From assembly GCA_951406725.2 (NCBI GenBank), contig OX597824.1:87978001-88042000 (forward strand): a DNA stretch of 64,000 bases, given 5' to 3'. Under the pieces are notes generated by a model. The model made no database searches. It was not told where the DNA came from and saw only the letters and a program-made list of their open reading frames with translations. Below, one piece after another: positions 13,160 to 24,092 of this stretch (its first letter is position 1; every line of letters starts with the position of its first letter). Made by a program: the position numbers and the translations under genes. This stretch comes from Octopus vulgaris (lineage: Eukaryota).

Positions 13160-13330
13160 GGTGTAGGAGTGGCTGTGTGGTAAGTAGCTTGCTTACCAGC
13201 CACATGGTTCCGGGTTCAGTCCCACTGTGTGGCACCTTGGGCAAGTGTCTTCTACTATAGCTTCGGGCCGACCAAAGCCTTGTGAGTGGATTTGGTAGAC
13301 GGAAACTGAAAGAAGCCCATCGTATATATG

Positions 13331-13369
<39 letters not shown>

Positions 13370-13640
13370 CGATGATGATGATGATGATGATGATGATATA
13401 TATATATATATGTATGTATGTATGTGTCTGTATATGTTTGTGTGTCTGTGTTTGTTCCCGCCAACATCGCTTGACAACCGATACTGGTATGTTTACATCC
13501 CCCTAACTTAGTGGTTCTGCAAAAGAGACTAGGCTTACAAAGAATAAGTCCTGGGGTCGATTTGCTCGACTAAAAGCGGTGCTCCAGCATGGCCACAGTC
13601 AAATGACTGAAACAAGTAAAAGAGTAAAAAGAGTAAGAGT
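13160..13640 (+). mobile_element. SINE family B (tRNA head, CORE-like GTGGCACCTTGGGCAAG, internal (TA)n/(TG)n, conserved tail); other copies ~28507-28906, 40844-41225, 48232-48600, 50270-50620, 50643-51012, 60570-60958, 60977-61375 (+) and 19810-20268, 22435-22785, 41762-42169, 44155-44546, 51312-51745 (-)
   Basis: More than 12 highly similar copies in the window. Confidence 0.9.
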
Positions 13641-13681
13641 ATATGATGCAAAAACATCCTACAGATTGTGATGGTCAATAA

Positions 13682-14081
13682 ATGCTGAAAAGTTCCTGGC
13701 TTTGGGTAAAAGAGGATCAGTTGATTATCATTTTATTCAAAATATTCCCCTCTCAGATTCACACACTTATTGCAGTGGTCCTTTAGTTTTTCTAAGCCCA
13801 TAAAAGAACTCAGAATGTTGGGCCTTCAACCAGGCCTTTCATGATACCTTTAAAGCCAAGAATCTTTGATTTTATACAAGGGAGTGCTGAAAAGCTCCTG
13901 GCTTTGGGTAAAAGAAAATACAAGAGGATGAGTTAATTATGATTTTATTCAACATATTCCCCTCTCAGAATCACACACTTATAGCAGTGGTCCTCCAGTT
14001 TTTTTTTTTTCTAAGCCCTGTAAAAGAACTCAGAGGATTGGGCCTCCAACAAGGCCTTCCATGATATCCTTAAAGCCAGTA
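13682..14081. mobile_element. Two tandem mariner-type MITE copies; partial copy at ~47360-47465
   Basis: GCTGAAAAGTTCCTGGCTTT...AAAGCCAGGAAC-like terminal inverted repeats, ~200 bp each. Confidence 0.65.
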
Positions 14082-14460
14082 ACTAGACTTATCAGTCCTT
14101 GAGCTCAAGAGAAAAAGAAAATGTATGTATATTGTTTTGCGTAGCCTCTGTTTTAAAATAATAAAAGCAAAAAAGAAAACATGGCTATTCAGTAAATGAA
14201 GATGTTAATGACAACGATGATGATGGCGATAGCGGCAGTGATGGTGACGATGATGACAATGATGATGATGATGGATTGTACTGTATATTTTCAGCCTTGT
14301 AAAAAAATATAAATTTTCCCCCCTGACCATTCTTTCTTATTTTCCTTTTTTCTTCTTTTGGTTCTTTTTTCCTTCTTCCACATAAAAAAAAAAAATTCCC
14401 ATTCGTCTTTAATTTTTATTTAATTGTAAAATTAACAGCAAAATATGTACACTATTTCAG

Positions 14461-14573
14461 AAACAGGAGGTATTCTCATTTCCCCAAGACCATCCAATTC
14501 CAAAGCTGAAATATTTCCAGCTATGCCGATGAGACCATTCTATGGTATTGAACCGTGTTTGGTAGATAAAGAG
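14461..14573 (+). CDS. ACSS1: ACSS1-like exon H
   Basis: tttcag|...|gtatgt; TGGILISPRPSNSKAEIFPAMPMRPFYGIEPCLVDKE. The PRPS..AEI.PAM.MRPF segment is characteristic of ACSS1 rather than ACSS2 (from recall). Confidence 0.94.
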
Positions 14574-14908
14574 GTATGTTGCAACACTTCTCAGCAATAA
14601 TATAACCATCACTAATTTTGAAATTTGTTTTTTCTCAAATATCTGGTATTAATAAAAAAGTATAATTTTATTGACCCTTATAGGGTCACTGGGTCATAAA
14701 AGTATAATTTTATTGACCCTTATTGGGTCATTGGGTCATCACTGAAAAACATTATCTTTATTTAAGGCCTCAAGAGTAAATTGTATTGAAAAAATAGTTA
14801 TGTCATAACATAATTTAGCAACGATATAATCATTCCTCAAAATGAGGGGAAAAACAAATAAATTATATGGAAATATTAATTCATGTTCTCTCACTCATAA
14901 GGAAAGAC

Positions 14909-15204
14909 GTGGAGGCACATGGCCTAGTGGTTAGAGCAGTGGACTCACGGTCAAGGGATCACGGGTTCAAATCTCAGACTGGGCGATGTGTGTGTTTATG
15001 AGCGAAACATCTAAGCTCCACACGGCTCTGGTAGAAGGTAATGGTGAACTTCTGCTGACTCTTTCGCCACAACTTTCTCTCACTCTTTCCTCTTGCAGCT
15101 CACCTGCGATGGACTGGCATCCCGTCCAGGTGGGGAACCTATATGCCAAGGAAACTGTGAAACCAGCCCTTATGAGCCAGGCAGGGCTTGAGAAGGAACA
15201 AACA
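14909..15204 (+). mobile_element. V-domain SINE, inverted relative to the 12471 dimer
   Basis: Same family: tRNA head and CCTGCGATGGACTGGCATCCCGTCCAGG. Confidence 0.88.
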
Positions 15205-15576
15205 AAACCAGCCCACTGTGCAAAAAAGAGTTTGGGAACTGCTGCTATGTTTGAGGAATTGGTAACTTGCTAATCTTACCTGTCTGCCACCAAGTACCGA
15301 CAATATCTTCCTTTCTCAGGTTTTGTTGGTTTTGGATTGTCATTGATGTTTCTGTAACTCTGCAGTGTGTTGGCCCAATGCAAAGTGCTTACCTCTGGTG
15401 GGAAGAGGTAGTACAAGTAAGTCAGGTCTCTACCCTTTGACCTGTCCATCATAAGAAGCTCTACCAGGAGCTTGCAGTCTGCTAGCATAACTCTGAGGGT
15501 CAGTAAGACCCACAAACCACCTCATTGCAGCAAGAACCAGATCTTCTGATCTTAAGGATGTTTTAAGGATAATAGA

Positions 15577-15614
15577 CTATTGAAAAGGTTGCAAGACGCA
15601 ACGAAAATTTTAGG
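15577..15614 (+). ncRNA. Minimal hammerhead-like motif (U3/A8 core variant) in a dispersed repeat; identical copy on - strand at 9759-9795
   Basis: CTA-TTGAAAA-G-GTTGC/AAGAC/GCAAC-GAA-AATT-T-TAG. Confidence 0.45.
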
Positions 15615-15847
15615 AAAATAAAAATAAGAAATAAGTGGAAATTTTGCCGGTGAGTGTGTTACATTATAAGGCACAAAAAGAAAATGACTCTCCCCAGACA
15701 CAACAGAATATGCTTCAACACACGAACTCATATAAAGAATCTTGCAAACCAAATCCAAAAACGAAATAAAATGGAAAACAGTTTTCTACACTTGTTTCTC
15801 TTCTTAAAAGTATTGAAAGGTATTTTTAATATTGTTTTAAATTTCAG

Positions 15848-15974
15848 AATAATGAATTAAAAGGTGACAACAAAGAAGGGCTGCTGTGTATTAAGCAACC
15901 ATGGCCAGGCATGTGCAGAACAATATATGGAGGGAAATCTCGTTTCGTAGATACATATTTTAAGTCTGACAAAG
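15848..15974 (+). CDS. ACSS1: ACSS1-like exon I
   Basis: tttcag|...|gtaatt; NNELKGDNKEGLLCIKQPWPGMCRTIYGGKSRFVDTYFKSDK. Confidence 0.94.
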
Positions 15975-16002
15975 GTAATTTAACTTTTGTAATATTTATA
16001 AA

Positions 16003-16375
16003 TCTCTCTCTATATAAAGTTGAAGTTGTCTGTGTGTAGCAGGTTTGGTAGCCTTCAACTAACACTATCTCCTCCGAGACCCTATGGCGCAAGTTGACCA
16101 AAATTGACAGTATGATAGAAGAAGGCTTGCTCTTCATTCTGTAGAAGAAAATATTCAAATTGGATCATGTTAACATCAAAAATTATTTGCATCAAAAAGG
16201 TGCTTTTTTTCTATGAAAATCCCTATTTTTTAACGATTTTTTGACTGCTGTGTTGCCATTTTTCAGTGTATTTCAACCAGAATAACAAGCTACATAATGC
16301 AAAATTTTTACTTTCCAAAAATTCCAATTCTAAAGGGTTGAAACAAATCCGAGCAACGCTGGGCGATACTGCTAG
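16003..16375 (+). mobile_element. Non-autonomous Helitron-type element
   Basis: A|TC...CTAG|T; 3' end ACAAATCCGAGCAACGCTGGGCGATACTGCTAG shared with the 2516 element. Confidence 0.72.
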
Positions 16376-17097
16376 TCATTAAAATCCAATGAAATTATGG
16401 CTGTATAGTAGAAGTTTGCCTCCTAACCACATGGTTCAGGTTTGGTCTCTGTGTGTGGCACCTTAGGCAAGTGTTTTTTTACCATAGCCTTAGGCCAACC
16501 AAAAGTCCTGTAAGTGGATTTGGTAGACGGAAAGTGAAAGAAGCCAGCCATATATATATATTTATGTATGTGTGTGTGTGAGTATCTATAAAAGCTACAG
16601 TAAAGTGACATTTACAACAACCTAATCGATAATTAACTAATTAATTAATTGATTAGTTAATGATAAAACTGAACACAGACACACACACACACACACACAC
16701 ATTGTAGATATTGTGGCATTTTCTATGACCTTTTCAATGATTTCCAAATACACAAGTGGTCATAAGAAAATGTAATAAAATTCAATAAAGAAAATAAAAC
16801 TGACATGGACTACAACCAACAGGTATGTTTGTTCACCAAATGACCCTCCCAAAGTACAACAATACCAGGTTCAACACATGATTTCATGCTGAGATTCTTG
16901 CAAAACAAAATTCAAGAATGAAATACCATAAAAGACATTTTATTGAAGGGAAACAATCATTTATGAAAATCTAAAACTAATAACTAAAAAAGAAATTTTT
17001 TTTAATGTCTTTTCAAAGAATATATTTTCAAGCTTTTTTGTTTTTATTGTTATTTATTATTTTATACATGTTATAAATATTTTATTTTCATCTGTAG

Positions 17098-17225
17098 GTT
17101 TATATTTCTCTGGAGACAATGCTATACGATATGAACATGGATTTTATCGTATTACTGGGAGAGTCGATGACGTCATCAATGTCAGTGGCCACCGACTTGG
17201 TACAGCTGAGATCGAGGATGCTATA
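17098..17225 (+). CDS. ACSS1: ACSS1-like exon J
   Basis: ctgtag|...|gtgaga; [42 protein letters not shown]. Confidence 0.96.
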
Positions 17226-18049
17226 GTGAGATTTCTTGGCCTTTTACTATTTCGTTCATCATCATCATCATCATCGTTTAGCGTCCGCTTTCCATGCTGG
17301 CATGGGTTGGACGGTACAACTGGGGTCTGGGAAGCCAGAAGGCTGCACCAGGCTCCAGTCTGATCTGGCAATGTTTCTACGGCTGGATGCCCTTCCTAAC
17401 GCCAACCACTCCGTGAGTGTAGTGGGTGCTTTTTACGTGCCACCGACACAGGTGCCAGATGAGGCTGGCAAACGGCCACGGTCGGATGGTGTTTTTTACG
17501 TGCCACCGGCACGGAGGCCAGGTGAGGCTGGCAAATGGCTATGATCGGATGGTGCTTTTTACGTGCCACCGGCACGGAAGCCAGTCAGGGCGGCACTGGC
17601 AATGGCCACGTTTGGATGGTTCTCTTATGTGCCACCAGCACTGGTATCACAGCTACAATTTCCATTCAAGTTGATCGATTTTGATTTTTGATTTTTTGTG
17701 TCTTGCAAGTTACTTGGTCTTAGCAACCTTGCTCACAAAGGCTGGTACTGGCAAAACAGGCTTGAGTGCCTACCCCACTTGATCATCCTTACATTATCTT
17801 CTAAAATGGGAGTAGTCCTCTGCTCTACTCTGGATCTTTTCTCTCCCATTTTGTTCCTCCTTTTCTTGGCATGTACCAGTTGTGTACTGGGGGTCGATCC
17901 TTCTCAGAGTTCACTGTCTTGCAAATTGCATAGCAAGAATACATGTAAGGATGCTAAAACAACTTTCAGACCAAGTTGCAGACATCTTTTATTTATATTC
18001 ATGTTCTTTTATCTTTCAGCACCACATACTCTTTAAAAATTTCAATCTC

Positions 18050-18572
18050 ATAATCTTTTCTACTCTAGGCACAAGGCCTGAAATTTTTGGGAAAAGCACC
18101 AATTGATTAGATCAACCCCAGAATGTAACTGGTACTTAATTTATCGACTCCAAAAGTAAAATAGATATTGATTCTTTTTCTACTCTAGCCACAAGGCCTG
18201 AAATTTTTGGGGAGGAGGCCAGTCGATTAGATTGACCCCAGTACACAACTGGTACTTAATTTATCAACCCCTGAAAGAATGAAAGGCATAGTCGGCCTGA
18301 GCAGAATTAGAACTCAGATCATAGAGACATACGAAATACCTGTTTCTTTACTACCCACAAGGGGCTAAACTCAGAGAGGACAAACAAGGACAGACAAACG
18401 GATTAAGTCAATTACATCGACCCCAGTGCGTAACTGGTACTTATTTAATCGACCCCTGAAAGGATGAAAAGTAAAGTCGGCCTGGGTGGAATTAGAACTC
18501 AGATCATAGCGACGTGTGAAATACCGCTGAGCATTTCGTCCGGTGTGCTAACGTTTCTTCCAGCTCGCCGCC
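18050..18572 (-). mobile_element. SINE family A with multiple tandem cores
   Basis: Reverse-complement head CAGCTCGCCGCC at 18561-72; repeated TAACTGGTACTTA..ATCGACCCC. Confidence 0.85.
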
Positions 18573-19027
18573 TTAATTGAATCTCATAATAATCATTAGC
18601 TGTTTCTGATTTACCTACAACTAAAGTGAAGGCACATTACTTAGTAATTAGAATATTCAGCTCACAATTATAAGGACGTGAGTTCAATTTCTGGCAGTTC
18701 AATTTCCTTGAGCAAAGCACTTTATTTTTCATATTGCCCCAAGTCCACTCAGCTGGCAAAAATAAGTTGCACCTGTAATTCAGAAGGGCCAGCCTTGTCA
18801 TATTGTGTCACACTGAATATCCCTGAGAACTATATCTGTGGGGCACTCAGCCACTTACACATTATTTCCACAAGAAGGCTGTTCCATGGATCTGATCAAC
18901 TGGAATGCTTGTTGTTTTTACTAACAGATTTCTAGTTTTACCACAAAAATGAGATGAAATATCAAATTTCTATTTTCTAACACTGAAAATTAGATATATA
19001 TATTTACGAAATCAAGACAAATATCTG

Positions 19028-19109
19028 CAGCTAGCAGGTTTATGCTACTCTAGACCGATGATGGGTAAAGACCCTGAAACATGCGTGTCTCTAGATGCAG
19101 GCCTAGCTG
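19028..19109 (+). ncRNA. Type I hammerhead-ribozyme-like motif with variant core
   Basis: TCTAGA-CCGATGA-T-GGGT/AAAG/ACCC-T-GAAA-CATGCGTG-TC-TCTAGA; stem I extends by CAGCTAG/CTAGCTG. Confidence 0.6.
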
Positions 19110-19353
19110 TTGGGGGTATTTGTCTCCCCTTCATAAATATATATAAGGACACAGTAAGTGTGTCGAAGCCGACAGGAAGCGTCGATGCTTCCTAGGGCTA
19201 AACAGCGGTGGTGTAATCCCCTACTGTCACATTAAATTGACAGTATACAACCATTATATCGCCCCACCACCGTACATATCTCTATGAGATATTTAGAAAT
19301 TTAATATTTCTGAATTATTAACCATCTTTATGGAATTTCTTTTCTCTTTGAAG

Positions 19354-19417
19354 GCCAACCACTGTGCTGTAGCAGAATCTGCCGTGGTTAGTTTCCCACA
19401 TGATATCAAAGGAGAAG
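19354..19417 (+). CDS. ACSS1: ACSS1-like exon K
   Basis: ctttgaag|...|gtatgt; ANHCAVAESAVVSFPHDIKGE. Confidence 0.92.
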
Positions 19418-20015
19418 GTATGTGATATTATTCATAAGTTGATATTGTTGTAGTTTTATCATTTAATTGTTTCGGTTATTGAACTGTGACCATGCTGGGG
19501 CACCACCTTGAAGGGTTTTAGTTGAAAACAAAAAAAAAAAAAATCAAACCTAGCACTTACATTTATTATTTTTTTCTTTTAAGTTCGGTATTTATTCCAT
19601 CAGTCTCCCTTGCTGAACTGCTAAGTTACGTAGATGTAAAGAAACCAACATCAGTTGTCAGGTGGTGAAGGGGTCAAACACAAAGATACACATGCATAGG
19701 CATCATCACCATCACTTAACGTCTGTTGTCCATGCTGGCATAGGTTGGACGGTTTGACCGGGGCTGGTATATATATACATATATATATATATGTATATTC
19801 TTTTCTCTACTCTTTTACTCTATTACTTGTTTCAGTCATTTGACTGTGGCCATGCTGGAGCACCGCCTTTAGTTGAGCAAATCGACCCCAGGACTTATTC
19901 TTTGGAAGCCTAGTACTTATTCTATCGGTCTCTTTTGCCGAACCGCTAAGTTATGGGGACGTAAACACACCAGCATCGGTTGTCTAGCGATGTTGGGAGG
20001 ACAAACACAGACACA

Positions 20016-20105
<90 letters not shown>

Positions 20106-21120
20106 CGACGGGCTTCGTTCAGTTTCCATCTACCAAATCCACTCACAAGGCTTTGGTCGGCCTGAGGCTATAGTAGAAGACACTTGCCCAAGGTGCCACG
20201 CAGTGGGACTGAACCCAGGACCATGTGGTTGGTAAGCTAGCTACTTACCACACAGCCACTCCTATGCCTATATATATATAAAATCATCATCTGTTATCCT
20301 CAGGGGTAATTGTCCTTGGGGGGAGGGTATTATCCTGGATTCATATATATCATCATCATTGATGTCTGCCTTCAATGCTAGCATGGGTTGGATAGTTTGA
20401 CAGGAGCGGGCCAGGTAGGAGACTACACATATGAGTAAGTGTGTGTGTGACCTAGTGGTTGGGGCGTTGCACTCGTGGCTGCTAGATCGTGGGTTCGATT
20501 CCTGGACTGGGTCGTGCATCACAGTCTATAGAATCTAAATTCCATTCAAATATTAAATATCAATATAAAAACCTTGGGACTTTTGAAACTGTTGCCATAA
20601 TTTTAAAATTGAGATTCATTACCATGATGTGGCATCATGGGCCAACCATATAGCCCTGGGCCAACAAAAGCCTTGTGAGGGAATTTTGAAATTGGCGGAT
20701 GAAACCAAAAGAAGGCCATCATCTGTGTGTGTGTGTGTGTGTTTGTTTGTTTACATCTGCACTCTGTGAAAGTTGCTATGAGCAGCATTGTTGTTGTTGT
20801 TGTTTGTTATCAACAAGCTATCTGCTCACCTCATGCCCTTAAAGACATGTGAAATAAAAAAACCAGAAACACAGAAAAGTATTAGTGACAGGAAAAAAAT
20901 CCATTTGTAAAACAGATCCTCAATTATATATTCATCTAACCCATGCTACAATGGGAAAATGGATGTAAAAACAAATGAAAACAAAAAGAAAAAAGGTGTA
21001 TATTTGATTTAATTATAGCAATAAAGTCACGCATTTTTCATAAATATGCATGTTTTTCAAAATATTCTTTAAAGTTTTCGAATAATTATTTTGTTTCTTT
21101 TTTGTAATCTTAAATTCCAG

Positions 21121-21242
21121 GCATACATGCATTTGTAGTTCTCAAAGACGACATAACTGAAAATGCTGAAGAAATTCAAGATGAACTAAAGCTAATAGTA
21201 AAAAAACAAATAACAAGCTTTGCCCAACCAGATATTATTCAG
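21121..21242 (+). CDS. ACSS1: ACSS1-like exon L
   Basis: ttccag|...|gtaaat; IHAFVVLKDDITENAEEIQDELKLIVKKQITSFAQPDIIQ. Confidence 0.93.
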
Positions 21243-21252
21243 GTAAATTACT

Positions 21253-22410
21253 CTGTGTGTGTGTGTGTGTGCGCACGTGAATGTGTGAGTGTGAGTATCT
21301 GTGTGTATGTGTGTGCATGCACGTACGTTTGTATCTGTGTGTGTATGTGCACACATGTGTATGTGTGTATGCGTATGTGTGTGAGTGTGTGTGTGCGTGC
21401 ATCTGTGTTTGTGAGTATCTGTGTGTATGTGTGTGCATGCACGTATGTTTGTATCTGTGTGTGTATGTGCACACATGTGTATGTGTGTATGCGTATGTGT
21501 GTGAGTGTGTGTGTGCGTGCATCTGTGTTTGTGAGTATCTGTGTGTATGTGTGTGCATGCACGTATGTTTGTATCTGTGTGTGTATGTGCACACATGTGT
21601 ATGTGTGTATGCATATGTGTGTGAGTGTGTGTGTGTGTGCGTGCATCTGTGTTTGTGAGTATCTGTGTGTATGTGTGTGCATGCACGTATGTTTGTATCT
21701 GTGTGTGTATGTGCACACATGTGTATGTGTGTATGCATATGTGTGTGAGTGTGTGTGTGCGTGCATCTGTGTTTGTGAGTATCTGTGTGTATGTGTGTGC
21801 ATGCACGTATGTTTGTATCTGTGTGTGTATGTGCACACGTGTATGTGTGTATGCATATGTGTGTGTGTGTGTGTGTGTGCGCACGTGAATGTGTGTTTGT
21901 GAGTATCTGTGTGTATGTGTGTGCATGCACGTATGTTTGTATCAGTGTGTGTGTATGTGCACACATGTGTATGTGTGTATGCATATGTGTGTGAGTGTGT
22001 GTGTGTGTGCGTGCATCTGTGTTTGTGAGTATCTGTGTGTATGTGTGTGCATGCACGCGTGTTTGTATCAGTGTGTGTATGTGCACACATGTGTATGTGT
22101 GTATGCGTATGTGTGTGAGTGTGTGCGTGCGTGCATCTGTGTTTGTGAGTATCTGTGTGTATGTGTGTGCATGCACGTATGTCTGTATCTGTGTGTGTAT
22201 GTGCACACATGTGTATGTGTGTATGCATATGTGTGTGAGTGTGTGTGTGTGCGTGCATGTGTGTTTGTGAGTATCTGTGTGTATGTGTGTGCATGCATTC
22301 ATGTTTGTATCTGTGTGTGTATGTGCACACATGTGCATGTGTGTATGCATATGCATGTGAGTGTTTGTGAGTAGCTCTGTGTGTGTGTGTGTGTGTGTGG
22401 GTGCATGCAT
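21253..22410. repeat. (TG)-derived higher-order satellite, ~120-bp unit, ~9-10 copies
   Basis: GTGAGTATCTGTGTGTATGTGTGTGCATGCACGTATGTTTGTATC recurs at ~120-bp spacing. Confidence 0.92.
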
Positions 22411-22873
22411 ATTTGTCTTGTATTTTAAACTTATTTCAGTTGTTGGACTGCGGCTATTCTGGGGCCCCACTTTGAAGGGCTTTTAGTCAAGCGAATCAAC
22501 CCCAGAACTTATTTTTTTTAAAGTCTGGTACTTAGCTTTTTGGTCCCTTTTCCCAAACTGCTAAGTTATAGGGATGTAAACAAACCAATACTGGTTGTCA
22601 ATTAGTGGGTGGGGGATACACACACACACACATGGCAAGCTTCCATACACTTTCCTTTTACCAAATTCACTCACAAGGCATTTGTCAGTTTGGGCCAATG
22701 GTAGACACTTACCAAAAGTGCTGTGGAGTAGGACTGAACTGAAAACCACATGTTTGTAAAGTAAGCTCTTAAACCATACGTCCCATGTCTTTAAGAATGA
22801 AAAAAATGTTATCGCATACAATTTTGTTCCTTTCATAAATCTAAATCTTATTTTATATTTATATTCGTTTCAG

Positions 22874-23026
22874 CTTGTGCCCGGATTACCTCGAACTCGA
22901 TCTGGTAAAATCATGAGAAGAATCCTGCGAAAGATTGCTCACAAAGAGCAAGATTTTGGTGACACATCAACTCTTGTAGATCCAGACATTGTTGAAACAA
23001 TCATTAAAAGACAACAGATGAATTAA
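22874..23026 (+). CDS. ACSS1: ACSS1-like terminal coding exon
   Basis: tttcag|; [50 protein letters not shown] with the A10 catalytic/acetylation Lys (SGK); TAA at 23024-23026. Confidence 0.96.
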   Translation, partial: LVPGLPRTRSGKIMRRILRKIAHKEQDFGDTSTLVDPDIVETIIKRQQMN

Positions 23027-23217
23027 ATATCAACTGCTGAAATCGCTTTCGATTCTCCACTACACTTATGCTTCAATTTTTTGAAGTACTTTACAAAATA
23101 TTGGATATGGCGGTGCCCCAGCATGGCCACAGCTCGTGAGCTGAAACTAGATAAAATAAAATTTTAAAAATAAATATATATTTTTAAACAACAATAAAAG
23201 AAAGATATTGAGTTTAA

Positions 23218-23439
23218 CCCTTTCATTACCAACCCGGCTGAAACTGGCTCTGGCTCTGAGGTACAAATATCTTGTTTTTGTAAGTTTTGAATAAAAATCT
23301 TCCACCAAACCTTAGTCACAATTTATGTCCCTAACACTAGCTTAATGATAACTAAGTTATTTTACTAAATTCTTTGTTATATTTAAAATTAATTGAAAGA
23401 AACACAGAACATCTCAAAATAAATGCAGTAACGAAAGGG
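23218..23439 (+). mobile_element. piggyBac-type MITE
   Basis: TTAA|CCCTTTCATTAC...GTAACGAAAGGG|TTAA. Confidence 0.85.
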
Positions 23440-23688
23440 TTAAGCTAGCTTTTCTAACTAGAGGATGTAAAACCCTGTTGTCGATCATCGATTTCTTTCC
23501 AGTTAATTTTTCCTTGAAAAAAGACTTTATCTGAAACGTAAAATTTTCCTCTGCCCTCAGCAAGTTCATTGAACTCTATTTTGATTTTTACGAAATAACG
23601 CAAGTATTGCTGACACAGATCAACACCAGCCACTTTGGTGTTAGTTTTATTCTATTAAGTTTAGGGAAAACTTGAGCTATTGAATTAA

Positions 23689-24092
23689 CCTTTTTGTTAC
23701 CGTATTTATTTTGAGGTGCTCTGTGTTTCTTTCAATTACTTTAAATATAACAAAGAATTTAGTAAAATAACTTAGTTATCATTAAGCTAGTGTTAAGAAC
23801 ATAAATTGTGACTAAGGTTTGGTGGAAGATTTTAATTCAAAACTTATGGAAACAAGACATTTGTACTACAGAACCAGAACCGGTTTCAGCCATTTGAGAT
23901 GCTTTGTGTTTCTTTCAATTACTTTAAATATAACAAAGAATTTAGTAAAATAACTTAGTTATCATTCAGCTAGTGTTAGGAACATAAATTGTGTCTAAGG
24001 TTTGGTGAAAGATTTTAATTCAAAACTTATGAAAACAAGACATTTGTACTAGAGATCCAGAGGCGGTTTCAGCCAGGTTGGTATCGAAAGGG
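23689..24092 (-). mobile_element. Same piggyBac-type MITE, inverted, with an internal ~180-bp tandem duplication
   Basis: TTAA flanks; reverse complement of 23218-23439 with body present twice. Confidence 0.85.

Noticed and set aside
13193-13506. Recurring small ORFs such as DGLLSVSVYQIHSQGFGRPEAIVEDTCPRCHAVGLNPEPCGW
   Set aside because: Antisense translation of SINE family B, not a gene family
15205-15304. Simple SINE 3' transduction as origin of the inverted flank copy
   Set aside because: The flank is ~99% identical while the SINE bodies are clearly more diverged, which does not fit one co-retrotransposition event
21192-22470. Long His/Thr- and Cys/Val-rich ORFs up to 411 aa
   Set aside because: Stop-free frames of a TG satellite, open in several frames on both strands
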